Source of the DNA: Saccostrea echinata
Taxonomy: Eukaryota
DNA length: 64,000 nt
Assembly: GCF_033153115.1 (NCBI RefSeq)
Contig: NW_026889772.1
Location: 13,330,001 to 13,394,000 of the forward strand
Direction: 5' to 3'
A program made the position numbers and the translations under genes. Each line of letters begins with the position of its first letter. The stretch's first letter is position 1. The notes below the pieces were generated by a model. The model was not told the DNA's origin. It was given only the letters and a program-made list of their open reading frames with translations, and made no database searches. Shown one piece after another: positions 26,002 to 39,667 of the stretch.

Positions 26002-27637
26002 CATTTATATTTATGACTAATAAATAATAATAATTTATGGCTCAAATTTTATATTTTCCTGATTATAATCTTTAACGCGTGAATGTTTTATTTTTCAAAC
26101 TCAACGGCATGTATTTGATCCATTGATTGCGCGTCGACCCTCTATGACGTCAATGAGAAATTACATCGAACGTTTATGAAGCAAGGAACCCGTGTTTATA
26201 CACGGATATATAGATACGCATTGCTTTTAATAGTGTTAAATGAAAGAAAACATTTTCAAATGTAAATATTGTTGCCTATCATGTTATGCCCACTTCTTTT
26301 TAACAATATTATTTGTTCATCTTTTTGCATAAAAATTAACACCACAAAAAGTCTATCAGGTAAAATTACCAAATTGAGACAGAAAGAAAAATTAACTAAA
26401 ATAGGTATTGGCTGATCCGAAATTCCTCCAATTTTCTTATATTTTGAAGGAATATTCTTTTATTTTCTATGCTTCTAATATTTAACTTTTTCTTATTTTC
26501 ACACATGATAATGTCTTCTTCTTTTTTGTTTTTAAATTTAGATCGACCACTGTTCGTTATCTTCACCTATTTGACTTCATATACATGTACTGATACAGAA
26601 TGAAACATAAAAAAAATATTGACCTTTAAGAAAGAGAATAAAACATTTTTTCTTGATTTTTTTCACTCAAAATTGGGCTGAAAAGGGTTAACAAGATTAA
26701 AGTTTGTTTGAAAAAGCTTATACATATGATATATTCTATAACTTAAGTCCTTAATTATAAATTTCATGCACGGCAGAAAATCCTTTAAGACCTTGATTGT
26801 TTAAAACTGTGAACTTAATTCATAATTCTATAGAAAATTTCAAAAGCAAAACTTGTGAGATTTTCTTACGCTTGTTCCGCCAAAAATAAAATCCTTGCTG
26901 AATTTAAAACTCAGTGTACCATTTCTTTGTCAAGTTGAAAAGTTGTAACCGGGAAAGGAAAATATGATCCTATATATTCCTAACATCTCAATGTAAAGGA
27001 CATTTATACAAATTTACTTCAATATTCTAATTAGTCAGAGAACAGAAAAGGGATCGAGTTGGAACATTCTAATTAGTCAGAGAACAGAAAAGGGATCGAG
27101 TTGGAACATTTACTTCAAACACTTAAATATATATCATTGTAATACAATCGTTGCTAGCTCTTTAACAGGAAAATAAAGATAAAATAATTTTTAAAGCATT
27201 ATGAAAAAAAATATTCTCACATTGCAAATTTTGGATAAGAATTACTGTCTCTGATAGACAAAGCAATTTCATAAAATCCTATTGTATAATATATTAAGGG
27301 TTGCATAATTCTTATATACTAGTCCCGGCTCAATACCTAAATAAGGATAATTGCCATTCAGTTTTGACAATTCGTCCATGAAGTTTATGTAATCTACTTG
27401 GATGGTGTGCCTTGGACTATGTACAAACTGTTTCTGCATGGCGTCTAATTTCATCTGGATATTATTCCACATCTCTTGTCTGCTTGGCAGAACAACGTCT
27501 CCCTAAAACGTTTATCAAAATATATTAAAACGCTCAAACATACTACAGAAACATATGACAAGAACCTTTCTAAAAGCCGGAATTTTTTCTTATTCAGAAA
27601 AATTATTATTATTTATTATTTAAATAAGGTAAAGAAG

Positions 27638-28203
27638 AAGGTATGATTTTAGCTTTATTGTGCCCTGAAAATTTAATGTTTTCAGAAAGTTTTGAAACTG
27701 GCTTAAATATTAGTTGAGTATATGACTGTGATAAATCAGGAAAGAAAAGGCCAAGAAGAAGTACCATTTTGGAAATATGACATCTTTAATTTGATGCATT
27801 TTTCTATTTTAAACAGAAAAAGCCTCAAAATGACTCATTTCAAAGGTTATTTTCCTTAAGAAAATAGTGTCCACAGCCGTCGCCCACTTTAATTTTCGGA
27901 TATGTAAAATTCTTTGAAAAATCACATATTTCCAAATCTTTGTGGGCGATGCCTGTGGACAATATTATCTGAAGGAAAATTCCATTGAAAATTGATGTTT
28001 TCTGCAACTTTTAAAGAAAATAAGGGAAATTGCACAAGTTTATGACATCACAATTAGCACTTAGAAGGTCATGTGAGAAAAATGATTTGTATGATCTTTC
28101 AGCGTGGAATTCCAATGATTCAGGAAGCATGGGTTTTAATTTTTTACATCACTTTCATTTTTAAGAAAAACATAGGGCAAGATTTGTATTGAAATCGTAC
28201 CTT
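27638..28203. mobile_element. MITE in intron 6 of FMO copy 2
   Basis: TIRs AAGGTATGATTT/AAATCGTACCTT, internal IR GTCCACAGCCGTCGCCCAC/GTGGGCGATGCCTGTGGAC. Absent at the paralogous site in unit 1 (~2065). Confidence 0.6.
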
Positions 28204-30542
28204 GTTCTTTCTCAAGCATTTTCTTACGGTTTTAGATCTATAAAAGTCAAAGGTTTTGTTTTATTGAAAATTTATATTCATAAAGGAATTCCTTTTGCAG
28301 TATTTCGTCAATGATATTTAATTTTATAGAGGCATAATTAAAATTTTCATGTATTCTAAAATCATTCAGATCATACAATATTGAGTTTTCTATACTTTAC
28401 CTATGTGTTGTAAATTTGCATATTAAAAAGATTCTTTAAACCACTTAATGTTGTCATGTTCGAGGCACTCTCAATTTCATGTAAACGACTGATTAGCATT
28501 TCCCAACTACACCTGTTACCTTTCAAAGTTGTCTGATCAGAGGTAGCTTTCCTAATTCATTTAATAACAGAGTTCTTTTTATTACAGATTTAAACTTTTA
28601 AGGACATATCATATCAAAATTAATTCTCATTTCTCATTAGATTATTTGTCGACTTAGTGAGGAAGAGTTTTACACTCTGCCCATGTGCTTTGTTATAGCA
28701 AGACGGAGCTCGGAACTTTGATTTCGGATGTGCATTATACAAATTTAGTTTTGAATTGTTCAGGATTATAATTGTGCAGTGTTTAAAATTAATTACCTAA
28801 TTAAACTTGAATATTCACTAAAGTCCAGGGTAGACGTCAGCAAGACAAAGTAAGATCACAAAAGAAGTAATTGTACATATTTTTTAGAGGAATCGCTCGG
28901 TGGCGCAGAAAGTCACATACTGAAGGCAGCATGTTTCCTTTCTTTATGGCTTTTTTGTGACCGCCTTTTTGCTTCTTAAGTGTTTTTTTTTTACCATTTA
29001 TACTATTGGCTAGGCTATTTTTGTCATGTGATTATTAAGAATTATGTCATGTGACTAGTCAGCATTTTTATCAAGTCAATTTGTATGTAATATATATTTT
29101 GTTTTAAGCCCAGCCAATTAATTGTGATATAAGTCTACGTAATATTTAAATGTAGTTTTTAGTCATTTGTTAGTTTCAATAAATGACATTTTCACTCAAT
29201 GTTTCTTTCTTAGTACTATATATAGGAGGTTAAAAAAAACAAGCTGCGAATAGCCAGAATTGTCTCTTCTCACTACAGGGGAAATTTGTGAATATAAAAA
29301 ACATTACCTTCACAACTCTGGCGAAGAGCCTACTTTGCTGTTCAGAAATAGGCATTATTGCTCCAAACGGTTGTATAAACCCAATACAAGCCAGTGTGTG
29401 TCTTTCCAGATCAGGAGGAAACATGAATTTATACATACAGTTCAACTTTCTTATTTTTGACTTCTATAACAGATTTGTCTAGGATTGGGAACCCAAATTT
29501 GTATCCTGTTGCTAAAAATACCACATCAATATCATCTTCAAATGACCCATCTTCGATTTCCACGCCCGTTTTTGTGAATTTCTTGATGTTGGGTTTGATA
29601 ATGATGGACCCGCTTATGATTCTGTTAGGGAGCTCGTCGTGTACAGTCGGATGCTGCGCTAAAGGGGGATGCTTTGGCTGCAGAGAGAATTTGGCGTGGT
29701 CAAATCTTTCATTCAGTCTCTATGCTATAACGTCGTTTGGATCCCAACCAAAAATACTCATCACAGCCTCGAAAGCTCTAAAATTACATTTTTTTTTCAA
29801 AAAAAAGATCTAATCAATAGTCTATTATCCAAAATAACGTTCAATCTACACATAAAGGAATTAAAAAAAAAAACATGTACAAAGTGCATACAAAGTTGAA
29901 ATATTCTAAATTTATCTTAAACTTCAGAGAGACAAAAAATTATTTTAATTATCTAAGAGACTAGAAAGAAAACGAAGAAGTACCTTGTAGATCTCCTGAG
30001 AATCTCCACATCTCCTGGAAGGCCATGGTCTGAAACACGATTAAATACCCAAGATCCTCTTCTTGTGCTCAAATATAACTTTTTAAAAATTTATATAAAT
30101 ATATAAATAAAAAGAAGCATTTGCGGCAAATTGAATATGTGAAAAGGTCTGGTTTTACTAGAATCTGTGCAAAAGTTCCAGAAGCTTAGCACAGACGTTC
30201 ACTACCTGTTGATTATAGCAACCACGTAACATTTAATGGTAAATTTTAACAATGAAATGATTTAATGTAAGAATGACAATAATTTATATCAGTGGATCCA
30301 TAATTATATACAATGTCAATGTAAATAAACCATTCTGACAGAGACTAGAACTGCCAAAGTTTCTCCAAATATGTTGTTGAGATCCATGTTTACAATGTTT
30401 TCAATCTCACAATCGCTTAGCTGTGACGTCTCAACCGCTCAATTATGACTTCATGTAGCCTATGACACTGAGTTATAAAAAGACAGAGGCAAAGGGAAAA
30501 TGAAAGAAAATATAATAAACAGAAAATTCAATGTTTTGTAGT

Positions 30543-30655
30543 TGAATATGGAATTTATTTCACACGTGAAACAGGATTTTTTTTAATATTTTCACTCGTG
30601 CTTCGCAAAAATATCAAAAAATCCTGTCCCAATCGTGAAATAAATTCCATATTCA
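30543..30655. repeat. Palindromic hairpin repeat
   Basis: TGAATATGGAATTTATTTCAC...ACAGGATTTTTT pairs with AAAAAATCCTGT...GTGAAATAAATTCCATATTCA. Confidence 0.7.
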
Positions 30656-32061
30656 TCTAAAAACATTGAATATCCTCTATATATTTTTTAAAATTTCATT
30701 TTACCATAATATCTGTCATTTCTACGATGAGAGCAGCAGTGGAACATAAATGTGAGGCTCCAAGCAATTAACGAAGATGTTTGACATTTTTAGTGATGTT
30801 TGTAGAGCTTTTCTTTCTTTTCAAATGATATATATAACACGACATAGGTTTCTCCATGTTAAGAATATATACTTTGACGTGTATCGACTGCAACAATAAT
30901 CATAACGTGAAACACATGAGGCTACAATAATATGACGTTACATTCAATGACAATAAATGCATTTGCATTATCTCATTTTGTTTGGATTCACTTCAATTCA
31001 TTAATAATCAAAGTTTCTCGTCGTAAAAATAAATGACAAATATACATTCTCAAAACCAGGCCCGTTTTTATTATATTTAAAAAATGGGGAAGGGGGAACC
31101 ATAAAAATAATTAACAAACAAAAACAATCTTTACTGCCCAAACCCGAAAAAAAAAATTCCTATTTTGTGGGAGGAAGATCTTCCTTTTACTTTTCATTTT
31201 TTAATGCAGTAACATGGCAGAATTTGAACCTTATTGCAACAATAAAAAAATTCATATGAAATCTTTTGCAAATAACTATTCTAAATAAAAAAACGTGTGT
31301 GTGTGTGTGTGTGTTTGTTGCGTTTGTGTGTGTTTGGGGTTCTACTAACTTTCCGGAAATAGTTTTTAATGCGATGACGTCAGAATTCGACCTCACTGTA
31401 ACAAAAAGTAGGGAGGAAGCAGCAGCCTTTAAGAAAATTTTCAAACGAAATCTACAACAAAATGAGGGGGAGGCTGTCATCCCCTTCAGGTACTACCTAC
31501 CTGCACAAAACACTACGAACAATGTATCCTCATAGTTTACCATACTAGCTACTTGAAATTTCGAAGAGTTTACATGTTTTATTTCAGTCGATGTTATAAC
31601 GAAATTACTTTTACAAGTTAATCAATTTACAGGTATTAGGCCTATTTTCGAGTTTTAAAACGGATTAGAAAACGGACAGAAAATATAAATACAATGTATA
31701 TGTGAAACACGTGCGGCTTAACATGTCTGAAGACTACATTCACTTGTATAAATTTGCGACTTGTTAATAACATAATAGCTTCTAAAATTTTGATTGGAAA
31801 AAATTGAGGAATCTATATGAAATTGATTAACTAATCATTACTTTGAACCAATATTTGCATACTAGTAGAATAATATACCACAACAGGCAATATACATTCC
31901 TCTATGTGCTCTCCCCCATTTATATTGCAATATTATAAATGCAAAACTTTTGCATTAACCTCCTCCTTATTAATGAAAAAAATTACAATTTTGTTGAACT
32001 TGCTATTAAATAAATGTAAAAATTAATAAAGTTAGTTTTTATGGATCATTCGAATAACATA

Positions 32062-33466
32062 CAGTCAAACTCGTTTACATTGAAATTTTTGGGTCCGTGA
32101 GATTTTATTTCAAATTAACCGAATTTCATTATATCCGTGTGCCATGAGTTACATAGAGAATGAAGATACGGTAAAATAAATACGTACAGGAAATGTTATT
32201 TTTTACATAACATAACGTGTAGTGTTTTAGAAACATAACTATGTACCTGTATTTTTCAAAGAACTCCTTAATTTTTTTTACTGTTCTGGTTGATTCGTGT
32301 TAAAAAAAACTATCAGGACTATGTTATATTTACACGCAAAAAAGTTCGTCTTGAACACTCCGCATTGATACAATGATTTGTCAGGTTTACATCTATAGAA
32401 CAACCCTGTCCCATCGCATTGAAAACATATGCATTGTATACTTCGATTCAAATCAAAAAGTTTATTACCGTCTTCCTTGGAAGACGGTATACAGAGTTGA
32501 AGTATTTTACAGTGTTCGGACTATGCACTTCCTCTCTTTTGTGATTGGTAGAAATTGCATGATGAAAAATTTTTCAATTATTTCATTGGTTGAAATTCTG
32601 TTCAAGGCAAGGGAGATAATTTTCTGATGATCTAATTTTCGCACGACTTAACAATTTTTCAAGATTTTCAATCGTAAAAAAATATGACAAAACGAACAGT
32701 GGAAATTGGCAGTAATTAATTCGAAATAACATGCTTTTTTTTTTTTTAAAGCAATTACCCCCCCCCCCCAAATTCTATATTTTCATTGTTAACTGAATTG
32801 ATCTTTATTGCATGCAAGCTTTACAGCTTGTATGTATCTTTTTCCCTTTGTTTTTCACTTCTTTCTAATCTCTGCAGCACTCGGCAACACCTCGGCCGAT
32901 TCGTACCTCATCTACATATCACAAAGGGGATGGAATCAGCCGAGGTTTGCCGAATGATCTCGGAAGCAGAGTCGAAGTTTACGGAGACAGTCGAGCATCT
33001 GTTAACTTTTCACTTGGTTTATGTCAGAAAAAAACTTATTATGAAGAAATACAAAGCCAAGTAATTTTCAAGAATTATACGGCCTGATAGGTTTAGGTCA
33101 GTTTACTGTTTAAGGTTGTTGCTAAAGACGGTAAGCTTTTTGAAAAAGCTCTACTTGACAATGTTTTCCTATAACTAACATTGAATTTATCTGCTCCTGC
33201 ACTTTCTCCGCACACCAATTTACACACGACACCTCTGCGTATTTTAGCCATGTCGGTCTCAATGTCGTAGTTGGAAAATAAAAATGAAGACTAATATGTT
33301 CCAATGAGAAATGCTTAATTTGTTTATTTTTACAAGACATAATTATATTTTTACAAGTCCGCCGATATCAAATTATATGTGTGAAAAATTTACCCGTGCT
33401 AGACTTCGTATATAGTCAGTCACCTATGTCCACGCGTTGCAATCGGCGACTTCAAAATAACCCTTA

Positions 33467-33510
<44 letters not shown>

Positions 33511-33690
33511 TTGTGTTCAGCGGACCTCAAAATCACTTTAAAAATTACCGAGTTTTTCAATTTAACGGATTTGAATCAAAACGATTATTTATTACATAGA
33601 AAGTGTGGCAGTTTTTCAGGGGAGACCAAATTCATTTCAAAGTAACCGATTTTTCAAACAAAGAGAGTTCAATGTAAGGGAGTTCGAGTG
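32062..33690. mobile_element. Non-autonomous pogo/Tc1-type DNA transposon
   Basis: TA-flanked imperfect TIRs CAGTCAAACTCGTTTACATTGAA / TTCAATGTAAGGGAGTTCGAGTG. No transposase recognised. Confidence 0.55.
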
Positions 33691-33762
33691 TACCTACTTT
33701 TAGCACATGTACAGCAAATCGAATTCAGAAATTAACAACTCGCTCATTTCATGATAAAGAAT

Positions 33763-33927
33763 TTAACCCAATTACCCTCACCGAAGTACAAATTATGAAT
33801 CGTATCAAAAACAACTTTTATAGTTATGGTTGATACATATACATTAACCCAATTACCCTCACCGAAGTACAAATTATGAATCGTATCAAATACAACTTTT
33901 ATAGTTATGGTTGATACCTATACATTA
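33763..33927. repeat. Tandem duplication, ~81-bp unit x2
   Basis: TTAACCCAATTACCCTCACCGAAGTACAAATTATGAATCG...TATACA occurs twice. Confidence 0.85.
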
Positions 33928-34070
33928 AACAACGAATTTAAAATCCAAAAATGTAAGATAAACATAATTTTTTTATCCATTGCCGACTTGCCGTTGGGAG
34001 AGGGATGGGGTAGATCTGGGCTAAAGACATTGTTATAATTAATTATCTCTACTAATCAAACAAGAATAAC

Positions 34071-34403
34071 GTCACGGTAGCTCAGTCAATAGAGCGCTCG
34101 CTCTGTGATCGGAAGGTCTTGGGTTCACACTCCGGCCGCGACTGACCTAAGTCGATAAAAAATAGGTAGCAACTGTTCCTTCGCTAAGAGCTCGGCACTT
34201 TGAAGTGAAAGTTGCGGATCTTTCAGATGAGACCTTAAAAACCATGACCCCGTGTCACGGCAGGCGATGGCACAATAAAGATCCCTTAGTGCTCAATGGC
34301 CCTGAGTACCGAGTAAAGGTCAAAATTTGAAGCCCTTCACCGGTATATGGTGACGTCTCTATATGAGTGAAAAATTTTCGAATGGGAAGTAAAACAACAT
34401 ACA

Positions 34404-34437
<34 letters not shown>

Positions 34438-34450
34438 GTGTATCTATCTA
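34071..34450 (+). mobile_element. Full-length tRNA-derived Nin/Deu-core SINE with (TCTA)n tail
   Basis: Matches the reverse complement of 8699-9047, with A box TAGCTCAGTCAA and B box GGTTCACACTCC. Confidence 0.9.
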
Positions 34451-35372
34451 CAAGCAATATCCAAGATGACCAACATTGCTGTTATTTTTTTTAAAGTTTG
34501 ACAAATAAATTCTGTACTTTGGGCGGAAACTGAGTCACCGATTTTTAAGATACAGCATCATTGATAACTAAGCTGTCATCATGACAAAAACTACCAAAGA
34601 CTTTGAAATGTCATCTCTTTACCTTTTGTTGTATGTCAATGAATTTGTAAATAAACCATGTACACAGATAACCATAAAATGTTGGGATGGATTATAATTG
34701 TTCGGTTCATGGTGAATTCACCCAAACCATGTCACCAATATTTTAACAATGTTCGTAGCAAATCTGCCAGTTTCACATTTAGATAATTTATTGTATAACT
34801 CGTTTGTTGTCTGATCATGCCTACTTTGCATTGCAGTAAAATAATTCACCTCCCTTAAAATGACTTTCAATTTGTGCGTGTGTACGTTTAAATCCAAAAC
34901 TGACGCTCTTTCTACAAGTGTAAACTGCATGCTTTTTTCTTACTTCTAAACTTTTATTGATCGACTTTTAGATCAGCCATATTATCCTTAAATACTTAAT
35001 CATTTCAGCCTCCTTTTCATAGAATAACTATTATCAATGATCAAAGACGTACCAGCAATTCTAAAATCTTATTTAAAAATATGTATATGATAATTCATAA
35101 TTAGTTTACCTGGCTTGCTACACGACTTAATTCTACGGCAGCGTCTACTCCCGAGTTTCCAATTCCAATAAGAAGGATTCTTTTGTCTTCATATCCCTTG
35201 GTGTGTTTGTAATCATGTCTGTGAATTACCTTGCCTTCAAAATCTTTTAAACCTGACAAAGAGTCTTCCAAATTTAGAGGAAACTTCATTTCGATGTCAA
35301 GAAACAAATACTGAGTTACGTACAATTAGATAATTCGTTCATGTCCGTAAACGATAATTAAAGTTAGGGAAT

Positions 35373-35376
<4 letters not shown>

Positions 35377-35442
<66 letters not shown>
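35377..35442. repeat. (AT)n microsatellite in intron 3 of FMO copy 2
   Basis: Read directly from the sequence. Confidence 0.95.
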
Positions 35443-35449
<7 letters not shown>

Positions 35450-36486
35450 TACAAAGATGGACCAAAATTTCAATCCTATTTTCCCAAACATTTACCAAAA
35501 AAAGGAATAATGTTTTATTATATCTTGGTATACCGGGAAAGTCTGGAATATTTTTCTCCGCATGATGACCAGTGCACACCATGACGGCATCAAATACGTG
35601 TTCTTTAGTCTCTCCTGTTGTTAAATCTTCTGTTGTAATGTTCCACTGCCCAGATGTGTTAAAGTCTGGACTCCTGCTTACTGATGTCACCTATAATAAC
35701 ACACATAAAGAAACAACAAACAACGTTAACACAATCAATTAATAAACGTACTGAATATTTAATTCATTTCTATAAGTTAGAAAAGGAAAATGATTAAATT
35801 CTAGGGTAATACCTCTGTTTTGAACCTTATGTATTTTCTAAGGTCAAATTTTTCCGCATACTGGTTAAAGTACTTGAGTACGTATTTGTTATGCATGTAG
35901 ATTGGGTATTCCTTGGGTATTGGGAAGTCACTGTACGTCGTCATCTCCTTACTAGTGTTGATGATTGTGGATTTCATCACACAAGCTTGACCATCGGTAG
36001 CCTCTTCTGTGTAATACCACAGGCCACCTTATCAAACATAAAAATAGTTTAGCTAAATGTGTTTTTTTTGTTGATCAAAACTTTGAATAATTTGACCAAA
36101 AAAATCCATTATATAGAAGAACACTTTCAAAAATAATCAAAAAATCAAAACATTTGAAACCAATGGAAAACAAAGGCGGCTAATTCAAAAAAAAAAGTAT
36201 ATTGTTTCGCTGCATCATTTCTTAACAATTTGAATTACCATCAGTGTTTAGAACATTTTTCGAATTTTTTTCAATCATCCCGTAGAAAAAGTTGGAATGA
36301 AAAAGAACGAGCGGGAATAAAATCCACGGCCATGCTTCCTTAACAGTTTCAGCAAGATTAAGCAATATTAATTTTATAATAAATAACAATTTGAATCCAA
36401 AAATATAATTGCTTTCCTCTTTCCTGGCAAAATTTTTGTCATGTTATATGATTTTTAGCCAGACTCATTGCACGTTGAACAAAAGC

Positions 36487-37833
36487 GGGTATAAAGAAGA
36501 ATAAGGACCCCTATCCGTAGAACATGTAATTTTTTGTAGAAAAAGAGACCAAGGCCAGTTTTCTACATGTGCAACTTATAAAAAATTGACCGCTGTTGAA
36601 AAATGACCCCCGTTCCAACAGAGTGATACAAAGTTTAAAAGAGATGATTGATGCCAAGGTCTGGGTCTGAACAGGTAATTCTCTTACGTTTTCTGATTAA
36701 CACTGGACAAACACGCAATTAAAATGTATTTAACAGCATTACATGTGTCATGTGTTTCTATTTATTATACATACTGTGTTCTCAACACAATAAAAATTTC
36801 ACAATAGATACGTCAAAGTGGCTATTAGTTGAAGCTGTTATTGTGACGTCAAGAACGTAAGTCAGGAGGACATATTGTTATCTCATGACCTATTATTTTG
36901 TCCGAGCATTTTCTCGGAGATGACTCAGACAAACATAATGACATTTTTCAGAAATGATGATCAGCAACTCTAGATGTTCATTAAATAGTTTGTTTTCTCA
37001 AACTGACCACTGTTGCCATGGGAACAAAAAAAGACAAATTTAATCAACGAATGTTCTCAAGGTTGGCTTGAACAATCTTTATGAAACTTCACAAATGAAT
37101 TTATATTTAAGATTCTTAAAATTGTTCCCATTACCATGGAAACGGTTGGATAAACTTTTTCACACAACGAACGAGTTATCTAACGTGTACAGAACAAGAT
37201 TTTTCTTCCGGGAGGTGATCATTGTGTATGTCTATTGCTTGCAATAGGAAAGACTCTAATCTTAATCTTTTTAAACATCTTTTTCATATTTCAATATCTT
37301 GCTGTTTATGGCCAACTAACAACTGAACTATATGAAAACGGTATGACTTTAGAATCGGCTTTTCCATCGCCAACTTTTTATGTGTATTTATTTCGTAATA
37401 TTCCACTATCACCTGCATATCGTATGTAATTACGTCTCCCAACTTATTCGGTACACTAGAGCATTGTCTGAGTACACTCAACTTTAAAACAGAGGCAGGA
37501 TACTGAAAAATAAGTTGATGTTACAGGGCTTTCAACAGCCTCATAAAAAGTAAGCATTATGAAAATTCCCGGGTCAATATAATGATTTGTTAGTAAATAC
37601 ATTTTTTAATTTAGAATCTTTATGACTTTAACAAATTTACAAATATTCGTCAAGGCAATAACTTTTCTAAATTTTCCTTCACGTAGGTTATGCAGATTTT
37701 AAGGTTGATGCCATTTTTCCTACGGGCAAAAGTTCATTTTCGACGTCAGATAATGCCCTGGGGGTCATTTTTCGACGTCGAAAATGACCTCCAGTCAATT
37801 TTCTAAGGGGGCCATTATTCGTCTTTACACCGG
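36487..37833. mobile_element. Non-autonomous TIR element carrying a Naiad fragment (~37300-37600)
   Basis: Ends GGGTATAAAGAAGAATAAGGACCCC / GGGGCCATTATTCGTCTTTACACCG, with subterminal AAAATGACC repeats. Unit-2 specific. Confidence 0.5.
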
Positions 37834-38628
37834 CGTCTTTATACGGTGTTCAAACGGATATCCTGACTCTTCACATCCAAATTAAATGTTCGCTAAGAAA
37901 TATAGTGCGTACTCTGAAGCACTTTGAGATAACTCAAACACTAAATCAAATATCAAACAAAGTAAAGTAAATTGAGGATTTTTCTATACAGACATTAATT
38001 CACCCATGTTTTTCAAATGATGTATAATTGTGTAAAATATGCGAAAGATTTTCATCAGATCCCTCTGTCATATTCTATAAATAGAGGTTATGTTACCAGG
38101 TCAACACACATGCTGGGAGCACGTGACCCGACGTAAAGCAAAACTCCCCGCTTAGGCCTCATCTGTGCACAGACATTTGAGCTTACTGCAATGTTTGTTT
38201 ACTTTTGGAAATGATATCAGAGGCAAGAACGAGACATATGATATATTGATAACGCTGCTGTTAAAGTCCAACTAAATTTTATTTCAATTTTTGACATTTT
38301 ATATGTTATATGCCAAAGAAACATACTTTTGTGTTATATTTACATTCCGCATGCATTTTGCTTATAAAATGTGTGGAAAGCTATGGCATGCAAAACACCA
38401 TACCATGGACGGGGAAGTCAAAGATAAAGGTATGTTTTTGATTATGACGTCACAAACGTTGAACGCCGTGAAAGTGCAAGGTCATAAGGGAAAATCAAAA
38501 TTCACGCTCAAAGTGAACAGTCTTACGGTAGTAGCTGTTGCAACTTCCATTAATACGAAGGATAATATGGGGATTTTGAAATATAAATCACATTTGCAGA
38601 CAAGACAAGGAGTTCGAAAATGTAAATA

Positions 38629-38808
38629 CAGTTAAACTTCGGTATCTCGAACACTGATATCTCGAATGCCATTGATATGTCGAAGTTATTTGAAAGTCCC
38701 AACCGCTTATTTTTTTTAAGTATTTTACCCTCGATATCTTGAATCCTCGGATATCTCGAAGTTTTGTTTTCGCTGTCCCATCAAATTCGAGATAACGAGG
38801 TTTGACTG
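38629..38808. mobile_element. pogo/Tigger-type MITE
   Basis: TA-CAGTTAAACTTCGGTATCTCGAA ... TTCGAGATAACGAGGTTTGACTG-TA, with internal ATCTCGAA repeats. Confidence 0.85.
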
Positions 38809-38810
38809 TA

Positions 38811-38968
38811 TAAGCATTGACATTATTTTTTGAAAGATGTAGTCTCATAACTGCAACGGTGTATGCAAACAATTTTTTTATAACGCGCTTACGAGCGTTA
38901 CTCAATTTGTTTGTACACACCGTTGAAGTTATGAGACTACATCTTTCAAAAAATAATGTCAATGCTTA
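38811..38968. repeat. 158-bp foldback hairpin
   Basis: A perfect ~42-bp IR (TAAGCATTGACATTATTTTTTGAAAGATGTAGTCTCATAACT) continues imperfectly to the centre. Confidence 0.85.
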
Positions 38969-39667
38969 GATATATTCTTCAAGTTTCTGAACTTCTTGCC
39001 ATTAATCTGCTATCACAATGTACATAAATGTTTCATGTGAAAGTGCCTTTGTTCAGTACTATGTAAATATACATCTGAGTACTTTGATTAGAGATCTCTT
39101 TTAATTAAGAATATTTTGGATGGTTGAACAGCAAAATATTTTAAAAATTTTGTATAGTATCAGTTTTGAGTAGCTAAGATTTCATTTTAAAAAATCAATT
39201 GTAATAGTTCTTTTAAGTCTGAAAGTCAAACTATGCTGCGCTTACATCGTCGCAACCACGATTTTGAGTCCAAAAAGGATGATACAGAGAATTGATGTGA
39301 ATCACCCATGGGTTACCGACGATGCTGCACTTATTACGGAATCTTATATAAAATTTCCCAAACATTTTCCCTTATGAAACCCTTACGCATTTGTATATAG
39401 GTCGCAATCAATAAATCATATCTTTTAGAGCACGCCGTGTTTGTTTGCTGCTCGATCAAGAAAGCACATAGTCAAACCTTCATTGACTCTACATTTAGCT
39501 GACCTCGTAAGAAGCCGATAACGTGAAAACTATTATATGTAATATTAAATGTAATGAATAAAGGACAAAGACAAAAAGAAAAAAAGGAAATAAAACACTT
39601 CGTTAGAGTCTTGCTACTAGGAAAATTTTCACTTTAATATATATAAATGAAGTCCATCTACAACGAT

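Noticed and set aside
31187-33599. Short ORFs of 60-100 aa (e.g. 31266-31535, 32786-33064, 33381-33599)
   Set aside because: Low-complexity or repeat-derived, with no domain motifs or splice-phase support.
33763-33927. CRISPR-like or telomere-like array (TTAACCC/TTACCC motifs)
   Set aside because: A simple two-unit tandem duplication with no spacers and no (TTAGGG)n run; the context is eukaryotic.
34071-34145. Functional tRNA gene
   Set aside because: It is the head of a SINE, continuous with the core and microsatellite tail, with no proper acceptor stem or terminator.
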